A stretch of DNA of 64,000 nt from an uncultured Actinomycetes bacterium (lineage in GTDB: Bacteria; Actinomycetota; Actinomycetes; Nanopelagicales; Nanopelagicaceae). Positions 51,565-60,775 of this stretch are shown piece by piece. How positions within the stretch are numbered: position 1 is the first letter of the stretch; every line of letters starts with the position of its first letter. Below the pieces are notes generated by a model, which saw only the letters and a list, made by a program, of their open reading frames with translations, was not told the origin of the DNA and did not search any database. A program made the translations under genes and the position numbers. The DNA lies in NCBI GenBank assembly GCA_903878415.1, contig CAIRHO010000004.1, positions 44,831 through 108,830 of the forward strand, given 5' to 3'.

Positions 51565-52531
51565 AGCGTAGACAAGAAGTTTCATGGCTAGTTCCAATTG
51601 TGATAAGAGGTAAATCTTGTTTCACTCTGCATTTATCTTTAACAAAATCGCATCGTTCCGAGAACCGGCATCCCTCCGGCCAGCTTCCAACCGATGGGGG
51701 TTGGCCATTAATAGTTTTTAGTTGGCCCTTAGGTACTACAAGATCGATTCTAGAATTATAGAGCGCTAAAGTGTAGGGATGCTTTGACGCTTTAATGGAT
51801 TTAGATGGAATTTTCTCGACCGTCGTGCCGGCGTGCATCACTACAGTGTCATCGCAAATTTCATTTATCAGTGGTAAATCGTGAGACACCAAAATAATTG
51901 AGGTATTAAAATCTTTACGAATTTGTTTTAACAGCTCCATGATCTCTGCTTGAACAGTTACATCAAGTCCAGTAGTGGGCTCATCTGCCACAATTAATTG
52001 TGGCTGTTGTGCGATTGCGCATGCGATCATTACCCGTTGCTTCATGCCACCTGAAAGCTCATGTTGATATTGCTTCAAAACCGTCTCTGGGCGTCGAATT
52101 TGCACGATATTTAAAAGCTCTAGCGATCGTTTTTCAAGGTCTGCTTTTGGGAAGTTCTCATCTTGCAAGATAGCTTCCGCAAGTTGGGCACCGATAGTCA
52201 TTACAGGGTTTGGACCGGCGAGTGCGCTTTGTGGCACATAACCAATCCGTTTCCCTCGTATTTCATTCCAGACGCTCTGTTTTGCAGAAATCAAATCGAT
52301 TCCATCAAACTTCAATTGGCCAGAAGCAATATATGCACCACGGCGACCCAGGGTTCCCACTAAAGATCGGCACAACATTGTCTTTCCAGAGCCAGACTCT
52401 CCGATCAATCCAATTATCTGTCCTGGTTCAATTATTAGAGAAGCAGTGTCAACAATTGATAAACGCCTCTTTTTTGTAACTCTTACATCAATTTTTAAAT
52501 TCTTAATTTCAAGGAGATGATTACCTGACAT
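51545..52531 (-). CDS. Peptide/nickel-type ABC transporter ATP-binding protein (DppD/OppD-like).
   Basis: It has Walker A GESGSGKT, signature LSGGMKQR, Walker B IVADEPTTGLD, and a C-terminal oligopeptide-type extension containing Cys residues. Confidence 0.85.
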   Translation of the reverse strand: MSGNHLLEIKNLKIDVRVTKKRRLSIVDTASLIIEPGQIIGLIGESGSGKTMLCRSLVGTLGRRGAYIASGQLKFDGIDLISAKQSVWNEIRGKRIGYVPQSALAGPNPVMTIGAQLAEAILQDENFPKADLEKRSLELLNIVQIRRPETVLKQYQHELSGGMKQRVMIACAIAQQPQLIVADEPTTGLDVTVQAEIMELLKQIRKDFNTSIILVSHDLPLINEICDDTVVMHAGTTVEKIPSKSIKASKHPYTLALYNSRIDLVVPKGQLKTINGQPPSVGSWPEGCRFSERCDFVKDKCRVKQDLPLITIGTSHETSCLRYDEIAR

Positions 52532-53371
52532 TTAAACACCTCGATCTCTGCGAGATATACCTTCAACAACAAAAGAAAGCGAAACAGCAGACCAACAGAG
52601 CGCTAAACCGGGGAATATAACCAACCACCAAGATTGCGCCAAATAAGCGCGTCCATCAGCAATCATCGAACCCCACTCAGCCATAGGCGGTTTAGCCGCA
52701 AGTCCCAAGAAAGAAAGTCCAGAAACAACCACAATTACTAAAATAAAATCGCTAAGCGCATAAGCAACCGTCTCTGATGAAACGTTTGGTGCAATATGTT
52801 TCATCACGATGCGGCGCTTCGAGAACCCAAGGGTTTTGGCAGCTTCAATATAATTTTGTTTAGAAACTACAACCGCTCGAGTTCTAGAAATGCGCGCATA
52901 CCTGGCCCAGTTTGTTATGGCAAGAATTACCACCACACTTCGCAATCCGGAACCTAGAAAAGTAAGCATCGCAACTGCGATAATTAGAAGTGGAAATGCA
53001 TTGATTCCGTCGATTAGCGAACCAACAAGACTAATCACATATTTATTCTTAGCTAGCCCAAGCAAAATACCAATTACAGTTCCAATGGCTAGCGGAATAC
53101 TTACCCCAAGAAAAGCCACTCCCAGGTCGATTCCTACGCTGGAAAATGTGCGAGTCATTACATCTCTACCTAGTTGATCCAATCCAAATGGATGTTGCCA
53201 ACTTGGCGGTAAGAACGGGTCTCCGATAAATTCATCAGGTTTGTACGGGCCAAAATTAGGAATAATTATTCCAAGAAGAATCATTGTCCCAAGCATTAAC
53301 ATTCCAGTAAAAATTCCGAAACCGCCAGGCAATAGTAGCCATTCTTTAAATTTTACAAACCTAGTTTTCAT
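52532..53371 (-). CDS. ABC transporter permease (DppC/OppC-like).
   Basis: It has six TM helices, a BPD_transp_1 layout and an EAA-like loop (YIEAAKTLGFSKRRIVMKHIAPN). Confidence 0.85.
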   Translation of the reverse strand: MKTRFVKFKEWLLLPGGFGIFTGMLMLGTMILLGIIIPNFGPYKPDEFIGDPFLPPSWQHPFGLDQLGRDVMTRTFSSVGIDLGVAFLGVSIPLAIGTVIGILLGLAKNKYVISLVGSLIDGINAFPLLIIAVAMLTFLGSGLRSVVVILAITNWARYARISRTRAVVVSKQNYIEAAKTLGFSKRRIVMKHIAPNVSSETVAYALSDFILVIVVVSGLSFLGLAAKPPMAEWGSMIADGRAYLAQSWWLVIFPGLALCWSAVSLSFVVEGISRRDRGV

Positions 53372-54312
53372 ATTTTAACCCGTCGGTCTAGCAAGTATGC
53401 GATTACATCTCCAACAAAGCTTAAGAAAACAGTAATTACACCAAATATTAATAATATTCCTTGCACCACTGGATAATCACTAGTCAAAACCGCATTAACC
53501 ATTTCACGCCCGATTCCTGGGAGTGTAAAAATAGTTTCTAAAATTACAGTTGCGCCAAGCATCGTGCCCATCATGTACGAGAGCAGAACTACAGTTGGCG
53601 CCATAGAAGGTTTTAAAATATAGAACCAGAAGAAACGTCGGCGGCCAACACCACGAATAATTCCAGTTTCAACAAACTCTTCTTCTTTTGTTTCTATAAC
53701 GGAGCTAAAAATAACTCTTGAAACTACTGAAGTCATGATGAGCGTATTAACCACCACCGGCAACCATAGGTATTTTAAATTTTGTGGAAATTCAGGTTCG
53801 TATCCAAAAACTGGCGACCAATTTACTCTAACTGTAAAAATTAAAATTCCGACCATAGCGATAAAAAAGTTGGGGGTTGCAAGAATTACTGCAGTAATGC
53901 CTCGAAATGTATAAACTATCGGCGCTTTACCGGACCACGCGATTGAAGTTCCGATTGGAATTGAGAGAATTACGGCAAAAAAAGTCGAAAATAAAATTAA
54001 GTAAATTGTAAGCGGAAGCGTAGAACCGATGATGTCTATCACGGTCCGTCCAGTTTGAAGAGAGATACCGAGATTTCCATGTAAAAGATCAGTTACATAT
54101 CTCGAGAATTGCTGAAAAATACTGCCATCTAAATTGAGTTGTTTTCTCAACTGAGCGATTGCTTCTGCCTCAACGCCACCCAAGCGGGCGGAGGCCGGAT
54201 CACCAGGAATAATTCGCATAATTGCGAACGAAATAACCATAACCCAAAAACCTACTGAGAGAGCTCTACCTAATCGGCCAAGAATTGTGCGCGCAATCTG
54301 ATTTTTTAACAA
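53368..54312 (-). CDS. ABC transporter permease (DppB/OppB-like).
   Basis: It has a typical DppB N-terminus (ILGRLGRALSVGFWVMVISFAIMRIIPGDP) and a TTG start. Its stop overlaps the downstream permease start by 4 nt. Confidence 0.85.
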   Translation of the reverse strand: MLKNQIARTILGRLGRALSVGFWVMVISFAIMRIIPGDPASARLGGVEAEAIAQLRKQLNLDGSIFQQFSRYVTDLLHGNLGISLQTGRTVIDIIGSTLPLTIYLILFSTFFAVILSIPIGTSIAWSGKAPIVYTFRGITAVILATPNFFIAMVGILIFTVRVNWSPVFGYEPEFPQNLKYLWLPVVVNTLIMTSVVSRVIFSSVIETKEEEFVETGIIRGVGRRRFFWFYILKPSMAPTVVLLSYMMGTMLGATVILETIFTLPGIGREMVNAVLTSDYPVVQGILLIFGVITVFLSFVGDVIAYLLDRRVKI

Positions 54313-54360
54313 GCTAACGCAACCCCCTTCGCTAATTACTAAAAATCTCCTGATTAATCA

Positions 54361-54404
54361 GAAAAGTTAACAAGGTAATTTCGCGATTACCTTGTTAACT
54401 TTTC
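54361..54404 (-). terminator. Large perfect hairpin between the SBP gene and the first permease gene. It may be an intercistronic attenuator or mRNA-stabilising stem-loop.
   Basis: GAAAAGTTAACAAGGTAAT (54361-54379) and ATTACCTTGTTAACTTTTC (54386-54404) form perfect 19-bp arms with a 6-nt loop. There is no long U-tract, so the element may protect the transcript rather than act as a strict terminator. Confidence 0.55.
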
Positions 54405-54470
54405 CTCAATCTAGATAAGTGCTTTCGCGCTCAGCTAGCCCTCGATTTCAGATAAATTTTGGTTAGAAAA

Positions 54471-56081
54471 TTAATCTGTAGGTAAAGCAGGATTAGTTCC
54501 AATAACAAATTGCAACTGTCCTGGCATTAGTGCTTGTACTAGTCCGGCACCGATAGTGCTGCCAGATAGGTAGAAGCGAGTTCCGACTGGGATAAATGCT
54601 GAAAGATCCCAAGCAATTTTTTCAACCTGAGCGAGCTTGTCTTTAATGACAACAGCGCTGGTGGCTGAACCGGCTTCGTCTAGCAGCTTCTTGGTATCAG
54701 CAAGAGTTGCATCCGCAATGTTTGAGTTTGCTGCCCATACGCCACCTGGATAGAACCAGTTGCTTAGTTGCAGAATTGGAGTGGCTGCGTTGTTACCGAA
54801 CCACATTGCTTCCCATTCGCGCTTGTTAATTACTGCAGAAATGTTTGTATCTGGAGTAACCATATCGATGGTTACATCGATACCAACAACAGCGAGGTTT
54901 GCTTTGATGATAGAAACTGCATCCTGCCAAAGTACACGGTTTGGCACATGGAGATAAAGTTTAAATCCATTTGCATAACCAGCTTCTTTTAGCAACTTAC
55001 GTGCAGCAGCAGTATCTCGTGCACCACTCTTTGGAATGGAGCAGAGGTAGTAAGGGTTATTTGTGTTGAACTGCATACCGCAGTTAGTCCCAGATAGCCC
55101 ATTAAATGCAATTCGCATGATTGCTGCGCGGTCGATTGCAAGCGAAATAGCTTGACGGACTCGAGCATCTTTTAGCGCTTTATTTGGCTGACCAGCACCC
55201 ATGTTGAAAGCGATCATGAATGTGCCAGAGTCTTTAGCAGCAGCTACACGGAACTTAGTTTTATCGAACTTCGTCTGTGCGGCGGCTAATGGAAGTTCCA
55301 TTACATAGTCAACGGTGCCAGCTTGGAAAGCTGCTAGTCGAGTATTTGCATCCGGGATAGTTACAACACGAATTTCCTTAGTAACTGGCTTTGCCCAGTA
55401 ATTTGGGTTTGCTACAGCTACGAATAAATCAGTACCTGGAGTAAATGTCTTGACCATCATTGGGCCAGCACTTACTGGGTTCTTGAAGTATGCCGCAGCT
55501 TTTGCAGCTGTATCAGTTTTTGATGCTGGGTGAATTCCCAAGAATTGTTGTGCAAGTGCAAAGTGGAAATCAGTGTAAGGAGACTTAAGCGTCCACACTA
55601 ATGTGTGAGCATCTTTTGCAACTACCTTGTCTACTTTTGCGATATATGAAGCAGAAGACTTTGAAACTACCCATCGATCGAATGCGTTTACCGCATCAGC
55701 CGCGACTAGTGCAGTTCCATCTGAGTAGTTAATAGTTCTAAGAGTTTGGGTAACAGTTAGAAAATCAGCAGAAATTGTTTCTGTTAAAACCAAATCGCGT
55801 GCTGGGTATCCAGCAGCATTAAATCGATAAAGCTGTCCTTGAACAATTGTGGCCATTTGACTTTCGGTGTAGCCACCAACTGGAGTGACTGCATCAAGCG
55901 AGCCAACTCGGTGCAATGCGGCATAGGTAACTGAATCACAATCAGCAGTTTTTGCTACTGATTTTAGATTACAGTTTTTACCTGTTGCAGCGTTTGCGGA
56001 TTGAAGTCCGACGAAGCCGGTAAGGGCAAGAGCGAGGGTTGCTCCAATCGCAATCATTTTATTTTTGCGATTTATTAACAT
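54471..56081 (-). CDS. ABC transporter substrate-binding protein, family 5 (peptide/nickel/opine type).
   Basis: It has a signal peptide (MIAIGATLALALTGFVGLQSANA) and is 536 aa with an SBP_bac_5-like layout. It is the first gene of the dpp-like importer. Confidence 0.8.
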   Translation of the reverse strand: MLINRKNKMIAIGATLALALTGFVGLQSANAATGKNCNLKSVAKTADCDSVTYAALHRVGSLDAVTPVGGYTESQMATIVQGQLYRFNAAGYPARDLVLTETISADFLTVTQTLRTINYSDGTALVAADAVNAFDRWVVSKSSASYIAKVDKVVAKDAHTLVWTLKSPYTDFHFALAQQFLGIHPASKTDTAAKAAAYFKNPVSAGPMMVKTFTPGTDLFVAVANPNYWAKPVTKEIRVVTIPDANTRLAAFQAGTVDYVMELPLAAAQTKFDKTKFRVAAAKDSGTFMIAFNMGAGQPNKALKDARVRQAISLAIDRAAIMRIAFNGLSGTNCGMQFNTNNPYYLCSIPKSGARDTAAARKLLKEAGYANGFKLYLHVPNRVLWQDAVSIIKANLAVVGIDVTIDMVTPDTNISAVINKREWEAMWFGNNAATPILQLSNWFYPGGVWAANSNIADATLADTKKLLDEAGSATSAVVIKDKLAQVEKIAWDLSAFIPVGTRFYLSGSTIGAGLVQALMPGQLQFVIGTNPALPTD

Positions 56082-56177
56082 TTACTGCCTTTCCTAGGGT
56101 AAGACCGCTCCGGTTAATGGTTAACGGTTTACAGAAGGCTAGGGCAAGCACTCGCCCAGAACAAGAGACTTGCGGGT

Positions 56178-57242
56178 TTATTTCCTGGAAATTTCCCTCA
56201 AATTGAGCGGGTCAACTCCATACTTTTCGGCAATTTCGAGGATATTTTCGCGGACCCCAGAGCTAACCGAAATTCCAGCTACCTCTCTATCCAGCTTTGT
56301 TTTATATTCGAATTCGCCGGGCATGAGCACCGAATCTGGCTTTCCAGCGTTATGCATGATGGCCTCAAATTTAGAAGCGACCGATCTAAAAAGTTCAGGA
56401 GTGGCATAACGCGATATATCTACCGCCATGAATATGGTGCCATTTCCAAAACCACTATCTGAAATAGCGGCAGGCATATTTCCCGAGAGAATTCCGGCCG
56501 CTAAATCGATGAGGACTGAAAGCCCGGAACCCTTATGACCACCGAACGCTAAGAGCGATCCACCATCTGCCAAATCTGCTGCGTTAGTTGTTGGCTGACC
56601 ATTCTTATCTATTAGCGATCCAGGCTCAATACTTTCACCGCTCATCCCGGCGAGAATAATTTTTCCAGCTGCAACAACCGCGGTTGAAAAATCTAAAACA
56701 TAATTGTAATTATCAGCACCAGGTATTGACCATGCATATGGGTTAGTTCCGAGAACTCGTTTCACACCACCAAATGGTGCAACGATCGGCCCACCGGTAT
56801 TACAAAAAGCAATTCCCATCATTCCGGCTTGCGAAATTAAATCTACATATTCACCCAACCGGCCTACATGATTTGTTCTACTTAAGACAACCGTGGCAGT
56901 TCCATATTTTCGCGCCGACGCAATAACAGTTTCAGTTGCAAGGTAAGAAGCGCTCTGCCCCCAACCCCAACCACCATCAATTAGGGATGTGGCTTCTTTA
57001 CTCCATTCTACTTTTGGGTACGCGTTCGGAATTAAATTTCCGGATTCGACCCAACCGGAATATTCCATCAATCGAATAATTCCGTGCGAGTCATGTCCAA
57101 CTAGATTAGAGAGCACAAGTGATTTAGAAACCGCGTTCGCTAATTCAGGTGGAGCGCCCATTCCGCAAATAACTTTGGTGCCAATTTCTACCAAAGTCGC
57201 TGCCGAATAAGTTGTTGTTGCGTTAGACAAACTTCGCCTCAA
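56178..57242 (-). CDS. Ldh_2 family oxidoreductase (second paralog).
   Basis: It has HGIIRLMEY, GGWGWGQ, NHVGRLGEY, LGTNP and FGGHKGS motifs. It is a clear paralog of 36438..37451. Confidence 0.8.
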   Translation of the reverse strand: MRRSLSNATTTYSAATLVEIGTKVICGMGAPPELANAVSKSLVLSNLVGHDSHGIIRLMEYSGWVESGNLIPNAYPKVEWSKEATSLIDGGWGWGQSASYLATETVIASARKYGTATVVLSRTNHVGRLGEYVDLISQAGMMGIAFCNTGGPIVAPFGGVKRVLGTNPYAWSIPGADNYNYVLDFSTAVVAAGKIILAGMSGESIEPGSLIDKNGQPTTNAADLADGGSLLAFGGHKGSGLSVLIDLAAGILSGNMPAAISDSGFGNGTIFMAVDISRYATPELFRSVASKFEAIMHNAGKPDSVLMPGEFEYKTKLDREVAGISVSSGVRENILEIAEKYGVDPLNLREISRK

Positions 57243-58152
57243 CTAAGCCCAAATCACCAAAATCTACGCTTACTAAATCACCTGGCTGCACAAAACAATG
57301 TCCAGTGCACGTTCCGGTGCTCACATATTCACCAGCGAATACGCCTCTGCCACGTTCTCGAACCCAATTAATCATCCAAGTAAGGCTAGTCACGGGATGT
57401 CCCATGGCTTGAATTCCTTGACCAGATTTAATGTAAGAATTATTTACGTAAAGATCAATATTTGCTTTTGGTAAATCAATCTCTTGCCAATCTTTGACTT
57501 TATTACCAACTACAAAAGCGGCACCGCCAGCATTGTCATACATACCGCCAAAATATCCACTGACGCTATACCAATCTTCAAATACCGAATCACCTATCTC
57601 AATCACTGGCGCTAAGAACTCAATACCCGCTCGCAAGTCAGCTTCGCTATATGGTTTCTCACGTACCGGAAAATCCTGGCCAAGTTGAAATGCAAACTCA
57701 CATTCGCATAAACGGTAATTTACAAAAAACTCAGAAGGCACTGCCGCAGGACTTTTCATAATCGATCTTGTAAATAACCGACCAGGAGATGGGCTAGGAA
57801 TATTTTCAGCTTTACGAACATCTAAACTTGCGGCGCCAACTTTCCAACCAGCACCTTCCCAGCCCAGCGCGTACTCCAACTTCAAAATTACTTCTTCCAT
57901 TGATTTCCAAGATCTTGCGCGTAATCGTTCCGGCATAACTACTGGAGTTCTCGTTTTTCTGCCATTTGCAATTAATTCGACAACTTCTTCTACTTCTGCC
58001 GGCGTCAAATCACTTTCGCGCGGTGATGGAATGGAACCACCTGGAGGGGTGGGGCCATGAATAAGACGACCTCGATCGCTTAAATAATCTAACCGCGGCT
58101 TATCTTTGTTAGTTCTAATTAATTGAAGTCGCTCAATTTCATATGTACTCAT
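57223..58152 (-). CDS. MhpD/HpcG-like 2-oxo-enoate hydratase/decarboxylase (FAH superfamily) with an N-terminal extension of about 90 aa.
   Basis: Blocks are colinear with 2-keto-4-pentenoate hydratase: GWKVGAAS, ECEFAFQL, PVIEIGDSVFEDW, DNAGGAAFVVG, GHPVTSLTWM and YVSTGTCTG. The N-terminal roughly 90 aa have no counterpart in MhpD as I recall it. Confidence 0.65.
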   Translation of the reverse strand: MSTYEIERLQLIRTNKDKPRLDYLSDRGRLIHGPTPPGGSIPSPRESDLTPAEVEEVVELIANGRKTRTPVVMPERLRARSWKSMEEVILKLEYALGWEGAGWKVGAASLDVRKAENIPSPSPGRLFTRSIMKSPAAVPSEFFVNYRLCECEFAFQLGQDFPVREKPYSEADLRAGIEFLAPVIEIGDSVFEDWYSVSGYFGGMYDNAGGAAFVVGNKVKDWQEIDLPKANIDLYVNNSYIKSGQGIQAMGHPVTSLTWMINWVRERGRGVFAGEYVSTGTCTGHCFVQPGDLVSVDFGDLGLVEAKFV

Positions 58153-58199
58153 AATTGTTTTATGTTAACAGGTGAAAAAATAAATGGATAGAGCTGGAA

Positions 58200-59030
58200 T
58201 TACCTTAAAAAGAGGGCATTTAACCGCTTAGTTGTGAACCAGAGTCCAAGTGCAATCATCACAATAAAGTAGAGAACATGGCCCAAAATAGAGCTATCGA
58301 TTTGGCCAAGCGTTAAATCTCTAATTAGTGAGATTCCATGCCACAACGGTAATATTTTAATAAACCATTGCACAATCTCCGGATAAACTGTAAGCGGGAA
58401 GAAAGATCCAGAGAAAAGAAACATCGGCAGCATCAACATATTTATATAGTTCATTTGCTGAAAAGATTTCATATAAGAAGTAGCCGCCATGCCAAATGAA
58501 GCAAAACCAAACGCAATTAATACTGCGGCTGGAATTGCAAGAAGTCCCCACCAATTTTCAATTAATCCGAGTGGCGTTACTACAATCATGAAACCAATTG
58601 CGTACATCAGGCCGCGAAGTAGCGCCCACGCGATTTCACCCAGCGCTACATCTAATGGCCCAAGTGAAGTTGCCAGCATTCCCTGATACAACTTGCTCTC
58701 GTTTATTTTCCAAAATACGTTCCAAGTTGAATCGTAGATTGCACCGTTCATTGCACTAGTTGCTAGTAATCCTGGCGCAATGTAGGCAGCATAAGAAATC
58801 GTGGAACCATCTGCTGCAGTTATGCCGCCGATTAGCGCACCGACACCAAAACCAAAAGAGAAAAGATATAAAACCGGTTCTACAAAACCCGATAACACAA
58901 CTAACCAAGCTGAGGACTTGAAAGCGATAAAACTTCGTTGCAGCGGGGCTCGAGTTCTGCCCGCATAATATTTCTCTAGCGGTTTGCCGATTCTTCCTTC
59001 AGCAATAGCGACGGCTCCTTTAGCGATCAT
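58200..59030 (-). CDS. ABC-2 type transporter permease.
   Basis: It has six TM helices, an ABC2_membrane layout and is 276 aa. It overlaps the upstream permease by 4 nt. Confidence 0.75.
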   Translation of the reverse strand: MIAKGAVAIAEGRIGKPLEKYYAGRTRAPLQRSFIAFKSSAWLVVLSGFVEPVLYLFSFGFGVGALIGGITAADGSTISYAAYIAPGLLATSAMNGAIYDSTWNVFWKINESKLYQGMLATSLGPLDVALGEIAWALLRGLMYAIGFMIVVTPLGLIENWWGLLAIPAAVLIAFGFASFGMAATSYMKSFQQMNYINMLMLPMFLFSGSFFPLTVYPEIVQWFIKILPLWHGISLIRDLTLGQIDSSILGHVLYFIVMIALGLWFTTKRLNALFLR

Positions 59031-59848
59031 TTACTTAACCGCTTTGTGAAATTACGGAACGCTAACTTCAAACCCAGCGCTAGCAATGAAGTAAGAAATA
59101 TAAAATGCACTCCGATCATTAACCCGCTAATCGAATGGCCATAAGTTAAATAACGACCTAATTCGGTAGCGTGCCAGAGCGGTGAAATCCAGCCTATTGG
59201 CTGCAAAATAAGAGGCATTGAAGAAAGTGGGTAGAAAGTTCCAGAGAATAAGAAGAGCGGCATAATTATTAGTCGACCAATTGCAGTCAGAAAGAAATCC
59301 TCTTTTTCAACTTTTGATGTCAAATAGAGCATGATCGATCCGAAAGCGCCACCGGCCAACATTGCAACAAACATTGCAAGCCATGCAGTTCCGGTAGGTA
59401 AAGCACCCGCAATTAAAAGTATCAACCAGTAAATTACAACTGTAACAAAAGTTCTACCTAAGGCTGCGATGTAGACGCCGAGTGCAATTTGGTTTCCGGT
59501 AATCGGAGTTGAGTTCATAGCAAAGAAATTCTTGGCCCACTTAAAACCTTGGAGCGTCGGAAAAGTAACTTCATCGATAGCACCTTGGATCGCTGCGCTG
59601 GCTAGCAGCGCTGGAGCTAGGAATGTTAAGTATTGAACGCCATCTACGCCGCCTGCACCCTGTTTAGCATTTACAAGCGAACCAATACCGACACCAACCG
59701 AAAGCAGATATAAAACTGGATTTAAGATCGCTGCGGTAATAATTGCCGAACGCCATTTAAACATATTTCTAAATCTAGCTTCTACGATATAAAGTGCACC
59801 AAATCTTGAAACCTCACGCTGTGCTTCTTTTACCTTCATTTTATTCAA
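59027..59848 (-). CDS. ABC-2 type transporter permease.
   Basis: It is a paralog of the neighbouring permease (six TM helices, 273 aa). It overlaps the ATPase gene by 8 nt. Confidence 0.75.
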   Translation of the reverse strand: MNKMKVKEAQREVSRFGALYIVEARFRNMFKWRSAIITAAILNPVLYLLSVGVGIGSLVNAKQGAGGVDGVQYLTFLAPALLASAAIQGAIDEVTFPTLQGFKWAKNFFAMNSTPITGNQIALGVYIAALGRTFVTVVIYWLILLIAGALPTGTAWLAMFVAMLAGGAFGSIMLYLTSKVEKEDFFLTAIGRLIIMPLFLFSGTFYPLSSMPLILQPIGWISPLWHATELGRYLTYGHSISGLMIGVHFIFLTSLLALGLKLAFRNFTKRLSK

Positions 59849-60764
59849 TCAAGCTTCGGCCAGTAAGTCTTAGGAATACATCTTCTAGTGAAGACCGTCG
59901 TACTAATGAAGTTATTGGATGTAGCCCTGAACCAACAATTTCCGTTAGTAGGGTTTCGCCGTCATTTGTATAAAGCAGAATTCGATCTGGGAGTTGTTCG
60001 ATCCGATCACATTTTTGCCGTAGCTGATCCACGTATTGTGAATTCTTATCGGAACCAAAGCGAAGTTCTAATACCTCTTTAGTTACATACTTTCGGATTA
60101 GCTCGGCAGGGCTATCTTCAGCCATGATTTTGCCCTTATCCATCACGATTAATCGCTGGCAAAGCTGTTCTGCTTCATCCATGAAATGAGTAGTAAGTAA
60201 GAGCGTTACGCCCAACTCTTTTAGCCTAAATAATCGATCCCAAAGAATATGGCGGGCTTGTGGATCTAGGCCGGTCGTCGGTTCATCGAGCATAAGAATT
60301 TCAGGCTCGCTAACTAGCGCACGCGCAATTGTTAAACGTCGCTTCATACCACCGCTTAGCGCTTCGACTTTTACATCGCGCTTCTCTTCAAGTTGGGCAA
60401 ACTCAAGCAACTCTTGAATTTTTGGAGTTAAGAATTTTTTAGAGAGCCCAAAATAACGGCCATAAATATATAAATTTTCTCGAACCGTAAGTTCGCTATC
60501 TAGATTATCTTGTTGTGGGACAACTCCGAGATGGGCTCGAATTTGTGGTCCAAACTTTTCTGGATCCTTCCCAAGAACCGCAAGTTCGCCAGATGAACGT
60601 TGGAGGGTGGCGCCAATCATTCGCATGATGGTTGATTTACCTGCGCCATTAGGACCTAGCAATCCGAATGATTCTCCTTTTCGAACTTCAAAATTTATCT
60701 GGTCGACAGCAACAAAATCACCATAAGTTTTTGTAAGAGAGCGCGCAGATATTAAAGAAGTCAT
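59841..60764 (-). CDS. ABC transporter ATP-binding protein (DrrA/NodI-like, ABC-2 exporter type).
   Basis: It has Walker A GPNGAGKST, signature LSGGMKRR and Walker B LMLDEPTTGLD. The ORF extends to 60851, but that extension overlaps the aminotransferase gene. The ATG at 60764 (MTSLISARSLTKTYG) is preferred. Confidence 0.85.
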   Translation of the reverse strand: MTSLISARSLTKTYGDFVAVDQINFEVRKGESFGLLGPNGAGKSTIMRMIGATLQRSSGELAVLGKDPEKFGPQIRAHLGVVPQQDNLDSELTVRENLYIYGRYFGLSKKFLTPKIQELLEFAQLEEKRDVKVEALSGGMKRRLTIARALVSEPEILMLDEPTTGLDPQARHILWDRLFRLKELGVTLLLTTHFMDEAEQLCQRLIVMDKGKIMAEDSPAELIRKYVTKEVLELRFGSDKNSQYVDQLRQKCDRIEQLPDRILLYTNDGETLLTEIVGSGLHPITSLVRRSSLEDVFLRLTGRSLIE

Positions 60765-60775
60765 TAGGTTAGATT

